Assembly: GCA_026023565.1 (NCBI GenBank)
Contig: JAPETS010000061.1
Span: forward strand, 1 to 64,000
Origin: Cirrosporium novae-zelandiae
Taxonomy: Eukaryota
Direction: 5' to 3'
DNA: 64,000 nt
Shown: in pieces, positions 13,150-24,120 of the stretch
Position numbering within the stretch: position 1 is the first letter of the stretch
Layout: the number at the start of each line of letters is the position of its first letter
Made by a program: the position numbers and the translations under genes
The notes under the pieces: generated by a model
Told to the model about the DNA's origin: nothing
Databases searched by the model: none
Seen by the model: only the letters and a program-made list of their open reading frames with translations

Positions 13150-15695
13150 ATGCAGTTGTTTAACGTTCAGACTGTTCCTTCCAACGATATTCCATCAAAC
13201 CACGATCTTTCCTTGCGTGTTCTTCAGAATACTGCTGGCAACTTTCAGCACTGCAATCTGGAAGATTCTCTTTTCCCGGAGCAGCCAGAGAGCTATACAG
13301 AGAAGGATCATGCTAAGTCTGCTACTCCGGTCCTCTATTCTAGCACCCTTGATCATGTTTCTACCAGGAGAGAGCAAAAGCTCCGTGTTCGGGCTGGCCT
13401 TGCGGCTGGCCAAGACCCTTGCTCCACAGATCTCCTCCGCTGCAAGTCGGCAAGGTATTCACAATATCGAGACAAGAATAAGAAAGGTCGGTCTAATCGT
13501 CGTAATCTTGGAAAAGATGGAAAGCCGATATGGGCCGACCATGTTGAAGCAGCTTTCCAGTATGGTAAGCAGGCCTCCTGAGTGTTTCCCTAGATGTTGG
13601 GTTAACTGGCTCCTATTAGCTCTGCGTAAATATCCTCCAATGGGAAGAAAAAAAGCACCTATGAATGGAAAAGCTTGTGGAAGAAATGAGATTATTGCAT
13701 ATTTCATTACTGTTGCTGCTGACAAAAAGACCGACCGTAAACAAGTCTCGAGTCATATTCAGGTACTCTGGGGCTACTTTGGAGATCTTCCTGAATGTAC
13801 GGACATTTTTCTCGGTGACTCTGTCCAAGCTGACGGAAACAGGGATTGAGCTTGTGCGGGAAACAACCCCAAATTCAGGAATACGACACCCTGCTTATTC
13901 CAAATTCACCAATGCCCTGGTTCAACAAGACGCAGAGGAGTACAAAGCTGTCCTTAAAGCTGGAACGCCATTCCATCAGCTTTATCGAAACACCTGGCCA
14001 GAGCGAAACTGGGCTCACGATCGCTTGGTCCCACTGGACGATTACCAGCTGTCTACAATTGATTTCGCCATGTACATCGTTCAGAGCTTAGAAGCCTATG
14101 TTAATGAAGCACTCCATCTCTTTACAGCCATGCACAATATATCGCCGGAACCGTCAATATCCTTAGATCACCTCCCACGCTGGCGTGAATCATTTCCTGA
14201 CTTTGCTCAAGACCACAAAGCAAGGAAGATGTACAAGGCGGAAGTAATTTTACTAGACGTCAGCCTGAATTTACCAACCGATTTCTTCCCTGATGGTCTA
14301 TATCTCCGAAATACTCAGAAAATCAAGATACACAGCCAAAATTGTTTCGAGAAATGGGTCTGCCAGACCCGTGTTTATGAGCGAGGGAAACCTACCCAGG
14401 ACACTCTTAGAAGTGAAGCTATCACTCGGCGTCTGGTCGATCGTGGGTGCTACGAAATGGAAATCGATGCGTGCTTCCAAAGCGAGAAGTGGGGCGAGCT
14501 CTTTATCAAGTTGATCAGCATACACCAGGAGGCTATCAAGCAAGGTGGCCCCTTTGCCAATGAACGTGCCGAGGAGGATATTAGAGAACTCCTTGAAAAC
14601 ATGACGGCGTATCAAGAGATTGCTCTCTTTAATAGTGATATCAATGTCATGGACACCAACGATGAAAGGGATCACAAACGCATTTGCCTGTTATGGAAAT
14701 TCAGACAGACACGTCCCGGTGAACCGGCGAGGACCATTTGGCGGAGGTTAGAGGAGCCGCCGCTTAGACTCATAATCGATAGCCCACATAATAATACATA
14801 CCCAGACCTCCTACAGATACACCCGGCCATTGATTATCATCTTGAAGGTATCCGACCACCCGATTTTGGTCCCTTGACATCGTCAACAGACCACGATAGT
14901 CTATTCGACGATCCCTCCTTCTTTTCAACCTATGATAGTAGCGGGATTATGAATTCAAGCACCCTAATTAACTCCCCTACCGCTGGCATACTTGGCTCGC
15001 CCCCGAAATTGGATCTTGAAAGTCCACGAGCATTGCACCAGCATCTTGGAAACATGTCGTCTCACCATCACATCGATGAGACACAAGGACAGGATTTCCA
15101 CAGTGGTCACATCAACATCACCTTGCAGTACCAGGACTTTTCACAACAGCAGCAGACGCGCCAGCACTCGGAGCAACTACCACGCCATTCCATCTCCACG
15201 GTCGCCTCAGTCCCACTAACAAAATACGAAGAAGAAGATTCCAAAATCGACTCCCGACTTTCCATTTCCCACCCCGAACCCTCATTCTACGACCCCGATC
15301 TTACCGCCGCCCCCCACCACCATCCATACCTCCTCTCAGCACCCATGCCCCTTCCCAACTCCACATCCACACCCACCCAATTACCCACAACCACAACCAC
15401 AGCCGACATAGACACATCCACATCGTCAATGACACCAACAATGACCACATCAGCCACATTTCCCTCGGCCAGCACAGACTGGGACGACGAGACATTTCAA
15501 AATCTCGCGCAGTGGAATCCCGAGAGTGATCCGTTTGCGGGGTTGAAGTTTGAAACGCGGGATCTTGGTGTCGGTGTTGGTGTCGGTGGGCAGGTGCAGA
15601 TTGGGCATGATGGTGATGATGGGGGGTGGATGGAGGAGGCGGGGGTTGTGACGACTGGGGAGGGGATAGGCATGATTGTGGCGGATGGGACGTGA
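13150..15695 (+). CDS. abaA: TEA/ATTS-domain transcription factor, AbaA-like conidiation regulator
   Basis: Spliced TEA domain [30 protein letters not shown]...GRNEIIA...DRKQVSSHIQVL; introns 13565-13619 and 13797-13842; downstream CLLWKFRQTRPGEPARTIWRRL motif typical of AbaA. Start codon uncertain. Confidence 0.85.
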
Positions 15696-16098
15696 GTGAT
15701 GGAGGTTGGATTGGTTGGATTAGCTATGTGAAGTCGTGGGGAATGAGGGACACTTGTCGTGTATAACCTGATGAATGCGTTGAAGGGGATTCCCAAGACC
15801 ATTTGGGATTAATTTGATGGTAATGATTAAAATGATACTTGATACTCCCCGTAATGATATAGTCAGTTTAATTCCATAGTGTTTTTGTTGATGATGATGA
15901 CTATTTTGGAAATCTTTTTCAAGTTCGATGAAGGGGTATCTTTGCTACATACAAAGCCATATATTGCTCTCTCTCTTTCCCTTTTGTAAATGTGTAAAAT
16001 GTACGCCCATATAATCAACCACATAATTCCCGCAATCGTCGGGACCACACAACAATTTGAACGCCCACCTAAAGAACCACCCCCCAGCCTAGTCTTTC

Positions 16099-16962
16099 TT
16101 ACCCCAACGTCCCCTTAAACCCCTGATAAGCCCCCTCAATATCAAAAGCCAACTCCCTTGCCTGCTCCTCGCTCAACTCCTGCGTCGTGCGCATCTGATT
16201 CAGCGTAATCAACCACTGAATAATTTTCCCCCGATTCTCAAAGTCCCGATCCCCGGTAACTTTGTTGACGCTCGTGATAACCTCTGAGAGCAGCGGGTGC
16301 AGGCTGTCCTTGGAAAGCATGTTTAGCTTTAGGGCGTCGAGAAAGGTGATGAAGTTTTCGGTTGCGGTGAGGATGAGCGGGCCTGAGGGGGAAGAGAGCG
16401 GTGCGGGCGTTTGGGATACGCTCCCGGCGGGGGCGGGAGTATGGGTTGAGGTTGCTTCAGCGATGGTGAGGGGGATCCCTATGCGGAGGCGTTCTGTTGC
16501 GCGGGGGCATTCGAGCTGCGGGAGGAGGTTAGTGGTGTTTGTAGATACGTAGTAAGTGAGTAAGGTTGGATTCGCGAAGATTAATAACGTCGAGTAACAT
16601 GCAAGAAATTAGATAAACAAAAGACTTACCCCCCACATCCTCTTAAAGTCCTCCAGCTCCCCAAACTCTTTCCTCACGCCTTCATCCCCCAAAATGCTTT
16701 TATATTGCTTCAACAGCCGGCTGCAGTGTTCTGTGTATTCGGCCTCGCTCACGCTGTCCTTGATATATGCTTTTTCCAACCCGTCTATCGTGATTATGAT
16801 GCTATATATTTCGGCGAGGGAGTCGTAAAGATCGCGTTCGGATTGTGTCGAGGTAAGTCGGACTTCTTCGTCGAGGGAGATGCGGGAGTCGGGGAGGGGA
16901 GACGGGGTGTAGGTGTAGGGGGTTGGGGCGTAGGAGGGAGGACGAGTGGATTGGGGATACAT
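16099..16962 (-). CDS. VPS28: ESCRT-I subunit Vps28
   Basis: LYDSLAEIYSIIITIDGLEKAYIKD...LLKQYK; intron 16629-16516; LECPRATERLRIG, ATENFITFLDALKL, KDSLHPLL, RELAFDIEGAYQGF. Confidence 0.95.
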
Positions 16963-17956
16963 TTTTCGTATGTATATAGACTTGTAGAATGGTGTTCTTC
17001 GTAGGTGGAAGAAGAGGTGAGAGACAGTAGTTTAGGCTGAGAGGGGAGGGAAGAGCTATGTTGGTGCCTGAGGGAAACATTTACAAGTTGGTGTTATCGA
17101 TAAGGACTGAGCTTATTTCTTTTCCTTTCTTCGGGTCTGCTCGGTCATCCTTACTGTTGACCACCAACTGATTACCAACAGATTTTGAAACAATTGAGTG
17201 GGCCCTTACTGTCATGAAAAGTTCTTCTCATCGGAAAAGGTTGGTCTAGTAGGTAATCGGCCGGATCTCGGATGAAGTGACCGAATATGATCCGAATTGC
17301 TTCGTCCCTTGTCGTCTATTAACGATCGAACAAATCAAGATTTGGTTAACAGGTAGCTGAAGCGACTATAAAACTTCGGAGATATATTAGTTTATAGCCA
17401 ACAGTTTGACGATCCACGTAAAGCGCTTACAGCCTCGGTTCCGACATCCATAAATGATCCATGTCCGACGCGTTACGTCTATCTCACTTCTTCATGACCT
17501 CGGCCAACTGCATTGCGTTCATCCAGTGTAGGATATACCTCTTACTATACATCCCACCCCATTGGCTATATGAAGCAATGCTCAGAAAAATCAATGTTGA
17601 CCTTTCGGAGTTCACGGAAGTCTAGCAAATGTCCTTTACCAATTAATGCAGTTTGGCCGATATCAGCTTCCCAGTGTCTTCGCAATAGGTACTAATACTG
17701 CATAGAGATATAATTATGTGTTGTGGATTATGTACTGTGGATATCAATTTTGCATATTTGTTTTTGCTTAATTGCCTATACAAGGTATTTATTATCATGC
17801 CGAGGCCATGAACACTAATGTTGCTTCTTATGTTGTCACCCCGCCGAGGCCCTCCATGCATGCCTATGCTTGCATGGACTCGACGACTACAAAAGGAACG
17901 CGGAAAGTCCAGCTTCCCTTGTACATCAAGCGTTACTCGATAACTTGAATTGAATC

Positions 17957-20900
17957 ATGGAAAGCACTATTGTCCCTATTCCAAGTCCACCGGCTCTTCC
18001 TTTTCTAGGAGATCTTGTTGAAAAAGATCCTGAATTTCCCCTCGGGTCCTTGATTAAACTCGTCGAAACCTATGGGCCAATCTTACGAAGCCACTTACCT
18101 GGGCATTCTCGAGTTATTGTCAGCTCGCAAGCCCTGGTGAATGAAGTTTGCGATGAAAGCCGGTTCACCAAGCAAGTAGCAGGCGCCCTCGAAGAGATAC
18201 GCAACGGAGCTCAAGATGGCCTCTTCACTGCATATGGGCCGCAGGAAGAGAATTGGGGGATTGCTCACAGGATTCTCGTGCCTGCCTTTGGTCCTCTCTC
18301 GATACGAGGCATGTTTGATGAAATGCATGATGTTGCAAGCCAACTTACAATGAAGTGGGCAAGACATGGTCCATCATACGTTATACCTGTTTCAGATGAT
18401 TTCACTCGCCTTACCCTTGATACTCTCGCACTTTGTACCATGGGTTATCGCTTCAACTCTTATTATCACGAGGAAATGCACCCCTTTATCACAGCCATGG
18501 GTGACTTCTTATCGGAATCCGGTAACCGATCTATGCGTCCCTCGATTGTTAATCCATTCTATCGACAATCTCAACGCAAGTACGATGCGGATATTGCAAT
18601 ATTGAGGAAGACTAGCGATGATGTGATAAAAGCAAGACGCCAGTCCCCCAACGATAGAAAGGACTTGCTCAACTCTATGTTGAACGGCAGAGATCCTAGA
18701 ACAGGAAAAACGTTATCTGATGACAGTATCACAAATAACATGATTACCTTTTTGATAGCAGGCCACGAAACAACTTCTGGGCTACTTTCCTTCAGTTTCT
18801 ACTATCTGCTTAAGAATCCTGCTGCCTACCAAAGAGCTCAGGCTGAAATTGATAATGTCATCGGAAAGGGCCCTATAAAGGTTGAGCAATTGTCAAAGTT
18901 GCCCTTCATAGCTGCTATCTTCCGCGAGACCCTTAGATTACACCCACCGGTCGTACTTATTCAGGTGTCTTCACCAAAGACGGAGATCATTGGTGGGAAA
19001 TACCAAGTCGAGAAGAATGAGCCAATCAACGCATTTCTTCATAAACTCCATCGAGATCCTGCTGTATACGGAGAGGATGCGGAGACCTGGCGTCCTGAGC
19101 GCATGCTGGATGAGCCATTCGAGAAGCTCAACAAAGAGTATCCGAATTGTTGGAAACCATTTGGAAATGGATCAAGGGCCTGCATTGGGAGACCGTTTGC
19201 ATGGCAAGAAGCCCTCTTGGTTGTTGCAATGTTGTTACAGAACTTCAATTTTGAGCTAGATGATCCTTCTTATCAGCTCAGGTACAAGCAAACTCTAACC
19301 GTCAAGCCGAAGGACTTTAAAATCCATGCAACCCTAAGGAATAAGATCTCACCAACGCAACTTGAACAAAATTTGGCATCGATAACTTCTGGGCATGCAG
19401 CTGGTCCCGAACCCTCACACTCTGCATCTATCCCTCTGCGCCCGGTTGCAAAAGGTCCCGGCTTGCATATCTTCTACGGGTCTAATACTGGAACTTGTGA
19501 AGCTTTAGCACAACGGTTAGCTGGTGATGCCGCTTCACATGGATTCCAGACAAAGGTTATTGGCTCGCTTGATTCGGCGAAAGAATTTGAGAAATCCCCA
19601 ACAGGTGAACCTGTTATCATAATTACCGCTTCGTATGAGGGACAGCCACCCGATAATGCGGGCCATTTTGTGGCGTGGTTGGAAAGCCTGAAGGGCGATG
19701 AGATGAAGGATGTCATCTATTCTGTGTTTGCATGTGGTGAGTAATCACTTGGAAAGTGTAGACGGAATATAAAACTGATTCGAATTTGTCATAGGACATC
19801 ACGACTGGGCATCAACCTTCCATAGAATTCCAAACCTAGTAGATGATTTGATGGAGAAACGTGGCGGAAAGAGGATTGCTCCAATAGGCCGTGCCGATGC
19901 AGGCGAAGGTGACATGTTCTCTGACTTTGAAAATTGGGAGGATAACATCTTATGGCCTGCACTCAAGAAGCAATATGCCGGATCCGAAGGACCTTCTGAT
20001 AACTCTTTGGACTCGGGGATCCAAGTCAAAATATCCAGCCCTAGGCCTTCTCAGCTGAGGCAAGATATGAGAGAAGCCCGTATCGTGAGCACAAGAACCT
20101 TGACGGCTCCTGGAGCCCCCGAGAAGAACCATATTGAAATCGAGTTACCATCTGATCTTTCTTACTCTGTTGGAGATTACCTCGCCATCCTGCCATTGAA
20201 TCCGAAGGATGTTGTTCTCCGAGCGATCCGGCGATTTGGTCTGTCTTGGGATTGCATGGTCAGTATCATATCTTCGCAGCCAACAACACTACCAACAGAC
20301 CATCCAATTTCCGCATTCGACCTCCTTACCGCATATGTCGAGCTACAGCAGCCTGCCACCAAACGAGTAAGCAAACCCCCCTCTTTTTTTCCTTTCTTTT
20401 ATCATACCATACCCCAACTAACATAATCAACCATGACCTCAGAACACCCAATCGCTTGTCGAAGCAACAGCCGACGTCTCAACTAAAGAACAACTAACCC
20501 ACCTCTCGACCACAACCTTCGAAACCGAAATAACCCAAAAACGCCTCTCAATCCTCGACCTGCTCGAGCGCTTCCCAACCATCGCCCTCCCCCTAGGCTC
20601 CTTCCTCCAAATGCTCCCCCCAATGCGCATCCGCCAATACTCCATCTCCTCTTCCCCGCTCTCCAACCCCACACGCGCCACCCTAACCTACCGGGTCCTC
20701 GACGCCCCCGCCCTAAAAGGCAGCGGCCGCCACATCGGCATCGCCTCAAACTACCTCAGCCAACTCACGCCCGGGGACAAACTCCACATCTCCATCCGCC
20801 CCAGCCATATCGCCTTCCACCTCCCCAGCGATCCCGAAAACATACCCATAATCTGTATCGCCGCCGGCACAGGCATCGCACCCTTCGTGGGCTTCATCCA

Positions 20901-21300
20901 GGAACGCGCCGCCCAAATCGGCGCCGGCAGGACCCTCGCACCCGCCCTCCTCTTCTTCGGATGCCGCGACCCGGCCATCGACGACCTATACGCCGAGCGC
21001 TTCGCCCGCTGGGAGACCATGGGCGCCGTATCTATGCGTCGTGCGTACTCGCGAAAACCCGAAGCGAGCGAGGGGTGTAAGTACGTGCAGGATCGATTGT
21101 GGAGGGATCGAGAGGAGGTTGAGGGGTTGTGGGAACGGAATGCGAGGGTTTTTGTGTGTGGGCATCGCGAGGTTGGGGAGGCGGTTAAGGGTGTTTCGAT
21201 TCGTATGGCGATGGAGGCGAGGGGGGTTGGGGAGGGGAAGGCCGAGGAGTGGTTTGAAGGGATTAGGAATACCAGATATTCTACTGATGTTTTTGCTTGA
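17957..21300 (+). CDS. CYP505: Bifunctional cytochrome P450/NADPH-P450 reductase, CYP505 family (P450foxy/BM3-like fatty acid hydroxylase)
   Basis: AGHETT I-helix, ETLR, PFGNGSRACIG heme motif, flavodoxin GSNTGTCE and TASYEGQPPDNA, reductase RQYSISSS, AGTGIAPF, LFFGCR, terminal RYSTDVFA. Introns 19737-19794 and 20367-20442 restore frame. Confidence 0.95.
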
Positions 21301-21624
21301 GGTGGGGTGGGGGTTGTTGGAGAAATGGACGGGGAAATTAAAGGGTAGAGTTGAAGGGATTATGGGCATCAGACTGAAGGGGGGAAATAGAAAAGTTGTA
21401 TTAGTCATTATCTTTTTTTATATTATGCGATTTTGACAGAATTAGCGTAACAATGGTAGCAAATTTAGTACCAAAGCCTCGTCCGAAGAACGAAGTTTAT
21501 CTCCCAAAACTACCCAGCTCTTCTCTTCTTTCTTTTGTATACATATATTAAACCACCTTCACTACATTCTCCATACATATTAATAAATCACTATAGTAAC
21601 TACATTTCCATCCATCCTCCTTAC

Positions 21625-23299
21625 CTACCACCCACCCACCTGCACCCCATAATACCCCGTCAACGGCCCCCTAACCACATCTTCCTTATCCACTTCCTCA
21701 AACTCATCCCCCGTCCACCCCGAAACCTCCCTCCACAATCCCAATCTAAAATCCGTCCAATTCGTGCCTGCAAACCTCTCCTGGAGCACCTTCGTCCTTT
21801 TCAGGAACTTTTCCTTGGCTCTTTCCACCAAGGGATCCACGAGTCGTCCATCCCGCTTCACGACTCTGCCATCCACAACTACGTCCCGGATATCGCCGAC
21901 GTTAGAGTGTAGCACGATGGCGGCAACGGGGTCGGACCAGCCTAGCATGCTGAAGCCCGTGGCGTTGAAGACGACGAGGTCGGCTTTTGCGCCCTCGCGG
22001 ATGACGCCGATGTCGGGGCGGCGGAGGGCGAGGCCCCCGTTTCGTGTACCCATGAGGAAGATCTGGTCGGTTGTCATGCCCGTGTTGTTTGGGAGGAGGG
22101 AGTCGTCGACTACGGGTTGGTAGAGCCTCCCGCGGATGGTCTGCAGCCAGATGCGCATCTGCGTGATGATATCGGTGGAGAAGGTCATGTGGGTGTCGAT
22201 GCCTAGCGCGGCTTGGTCGGTGAGTTTGTGGGATTTGGGATTGCCGTGGCCGTAGTGTAGTTCGGATTCGGGGGTTATGGAGACGTATTGGTTTGATTGG
22301 CGGAGGAGGGTGATTTCAGCGTCGGTGATGCCACTCGCGTGGGAGAAGATTATTGGGGTGCTTATGTTGAGCAGGTTGTAGGTTTGGAGGACTTGGATTG
22401 CTTCGAGATTGGCTGGTGTGGGGGGTTAGTGATCAGGGGTTAGGTGGAGTAGATGAGGGGTATGCTTACGTTGGAAGACCCCGCCTACGTAGTGTGTGGT
22501 GATTGGGGTTATATTGTTTTGCCTAGGCTTACTTAGAGATTGGATTGAGTCTGTTGGAGGGGGATGCGTACGTTGCTGCATTGAAGATGTCCGTCACTGT
22601 TGACTGCGGGCCTGTGAGTCCATCGTATGCGAGACCAAGATGTACTCTTCCATCAGCCATCTCCCCGCGTTTCGACATATTGACCATTTGTTCCAATTGC
22701 CATGTGGTAGCTGAATTATCGATGACATATGGCATCGTGCTATTCGGAACAGGATGGATTGTATAGCACCACCATACTCTAGCTCCGCTGTCGATAGATG
22801 CATTGAGGCCAGCTTCTGCCGTCTGTGGTGTCCAAGTGTGATGGGCGTGATCGACAATCGAGGTGACACCGGCATTCAAAGCTTCATATATCCCCACGAG
22901 CTGGCTGATATACACATCTTCAGGGTCAAAGATAAAACGCGCAACTCCAAATTCGCCGAGGCTCCAGTAATATGCGGCTAGTGTTATGTTGGGAGCAAGC
23001 GTCCTGTACACCGTTTGCCAGCCGTGACGGTGCGTGTCGACAAACCCAGGGGAGATGATTGTATCTTTGGCGTCGATGACCTCGACATCCGAGGTGACGT
23101 TGATTGAACTGGAGATGGTCTTGATCGTGCCATTACTAATAAGGATTGAACCAAGAATGGGTTTCAACGCTGCGGTTGCTTCGTCGAACGTGATTATAGT
23201 TCCACCTCGAAGGAGAATATCCCCTGTTTGGCTGCCAAGGCTGGTAGTCACCAAACATTGAAATAGGAACACAATAAATAGTACTGTAAAACTCATCAT
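21625..23299 (-). CDS. Metal-dependent amidohydrolase (MTA/SAH deaminase-like superfamily) with N-terminal signal peptide
   Basis: PGFVDTHRH metal-binding motif, EALNAGVTSIVDHAH, IIFSHAS, SITPESELHYGHG, ALGIDTH, GAKADLVVF. Two short introns between ~22413 and ~22571. Hydrophobic N-terminus MSFTVLFIVFLFQCLVTTSLG. Confidence 0.85.
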
Positions 23300-24120
23300 G
23301 TCTGCAAAAATACCGACTTAAATTTGTTGTATCAAGCCTATTGCGGCTTCATGGGTACTTGATATACTTTTATATTCAGCCTCACTTTCATCATCAGGGA
23401 CAGATTTGATATTGGCTTAGCGCTGACAAATGAAAACCTTCTCAAGTCTCGACGTTTCTCGACTTCATAATTATGTGTTATGTCAATTGCTGCTGTGAGT
23501 TTTCTCGGACAGCTAGGTGATTGGGACGAGTGGAGCGAAGACAAGAGAATCATGACCGAATGCCGAGAAATATGACATCCCAAAAGATATTTTGGGCATG
23601 TCAACGGAGCCTGACTTGAGGGGTATAACGGATTTGGCGGGAAACAATGTGATGGTTAACAAACAACTGGCTCATATTACACATGATCTCGTAATGATGG
23701 GGATTCATCCTCAGGAGGGTTCCCCTCTTGGAACGGGTCTAGAAGTCGACCTCGGTTTAACTAATATAGATGACGATGATACGAAAACAAGTTAAGTAAG
23801 AGAGAAACATTGTAATATTTTCAAGGGGTACTGTGATAAATCTAAAATGTTAGATTAACAAGCGATTTGTAATAATAGAAATGAATATTAGAGAGACAAT
23901 ATTGTCTTGTCATGAAGCTGAAGGAAGATGTTACACAAACATGGGTCATGTTAGTAATAAGAATTGTGGGGTGTATCTCTAGTAACGGATATCTCCGTCC
24001 TGGTCGCTACTCAAAATTTTACCATGGCCAAAATTTCAATTAGCTTACCAGAGCTTCTCATTCACCTTCAATAACCCAATTCCTCATCACTTACTTTCTA
24101 CTTCCTGTCCTTCACTTAAA

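Noticed and set aside
17461..17700. LLHDLGQ string suggesting an HD-domain remnant
   Set aside because: Seven-residue match in a stop-riddled frame within the VPS28/CYP505 divergent promoter; likely chance.
20483..21912. Several 80-140 aa Pro-rich or Gly/Arg-rich ORFs around the CYP505 and amidohydrolase ends
   Set aside because: Artefacts of the C-rich/G-rich skew that depletes stop codons in shadow frames.
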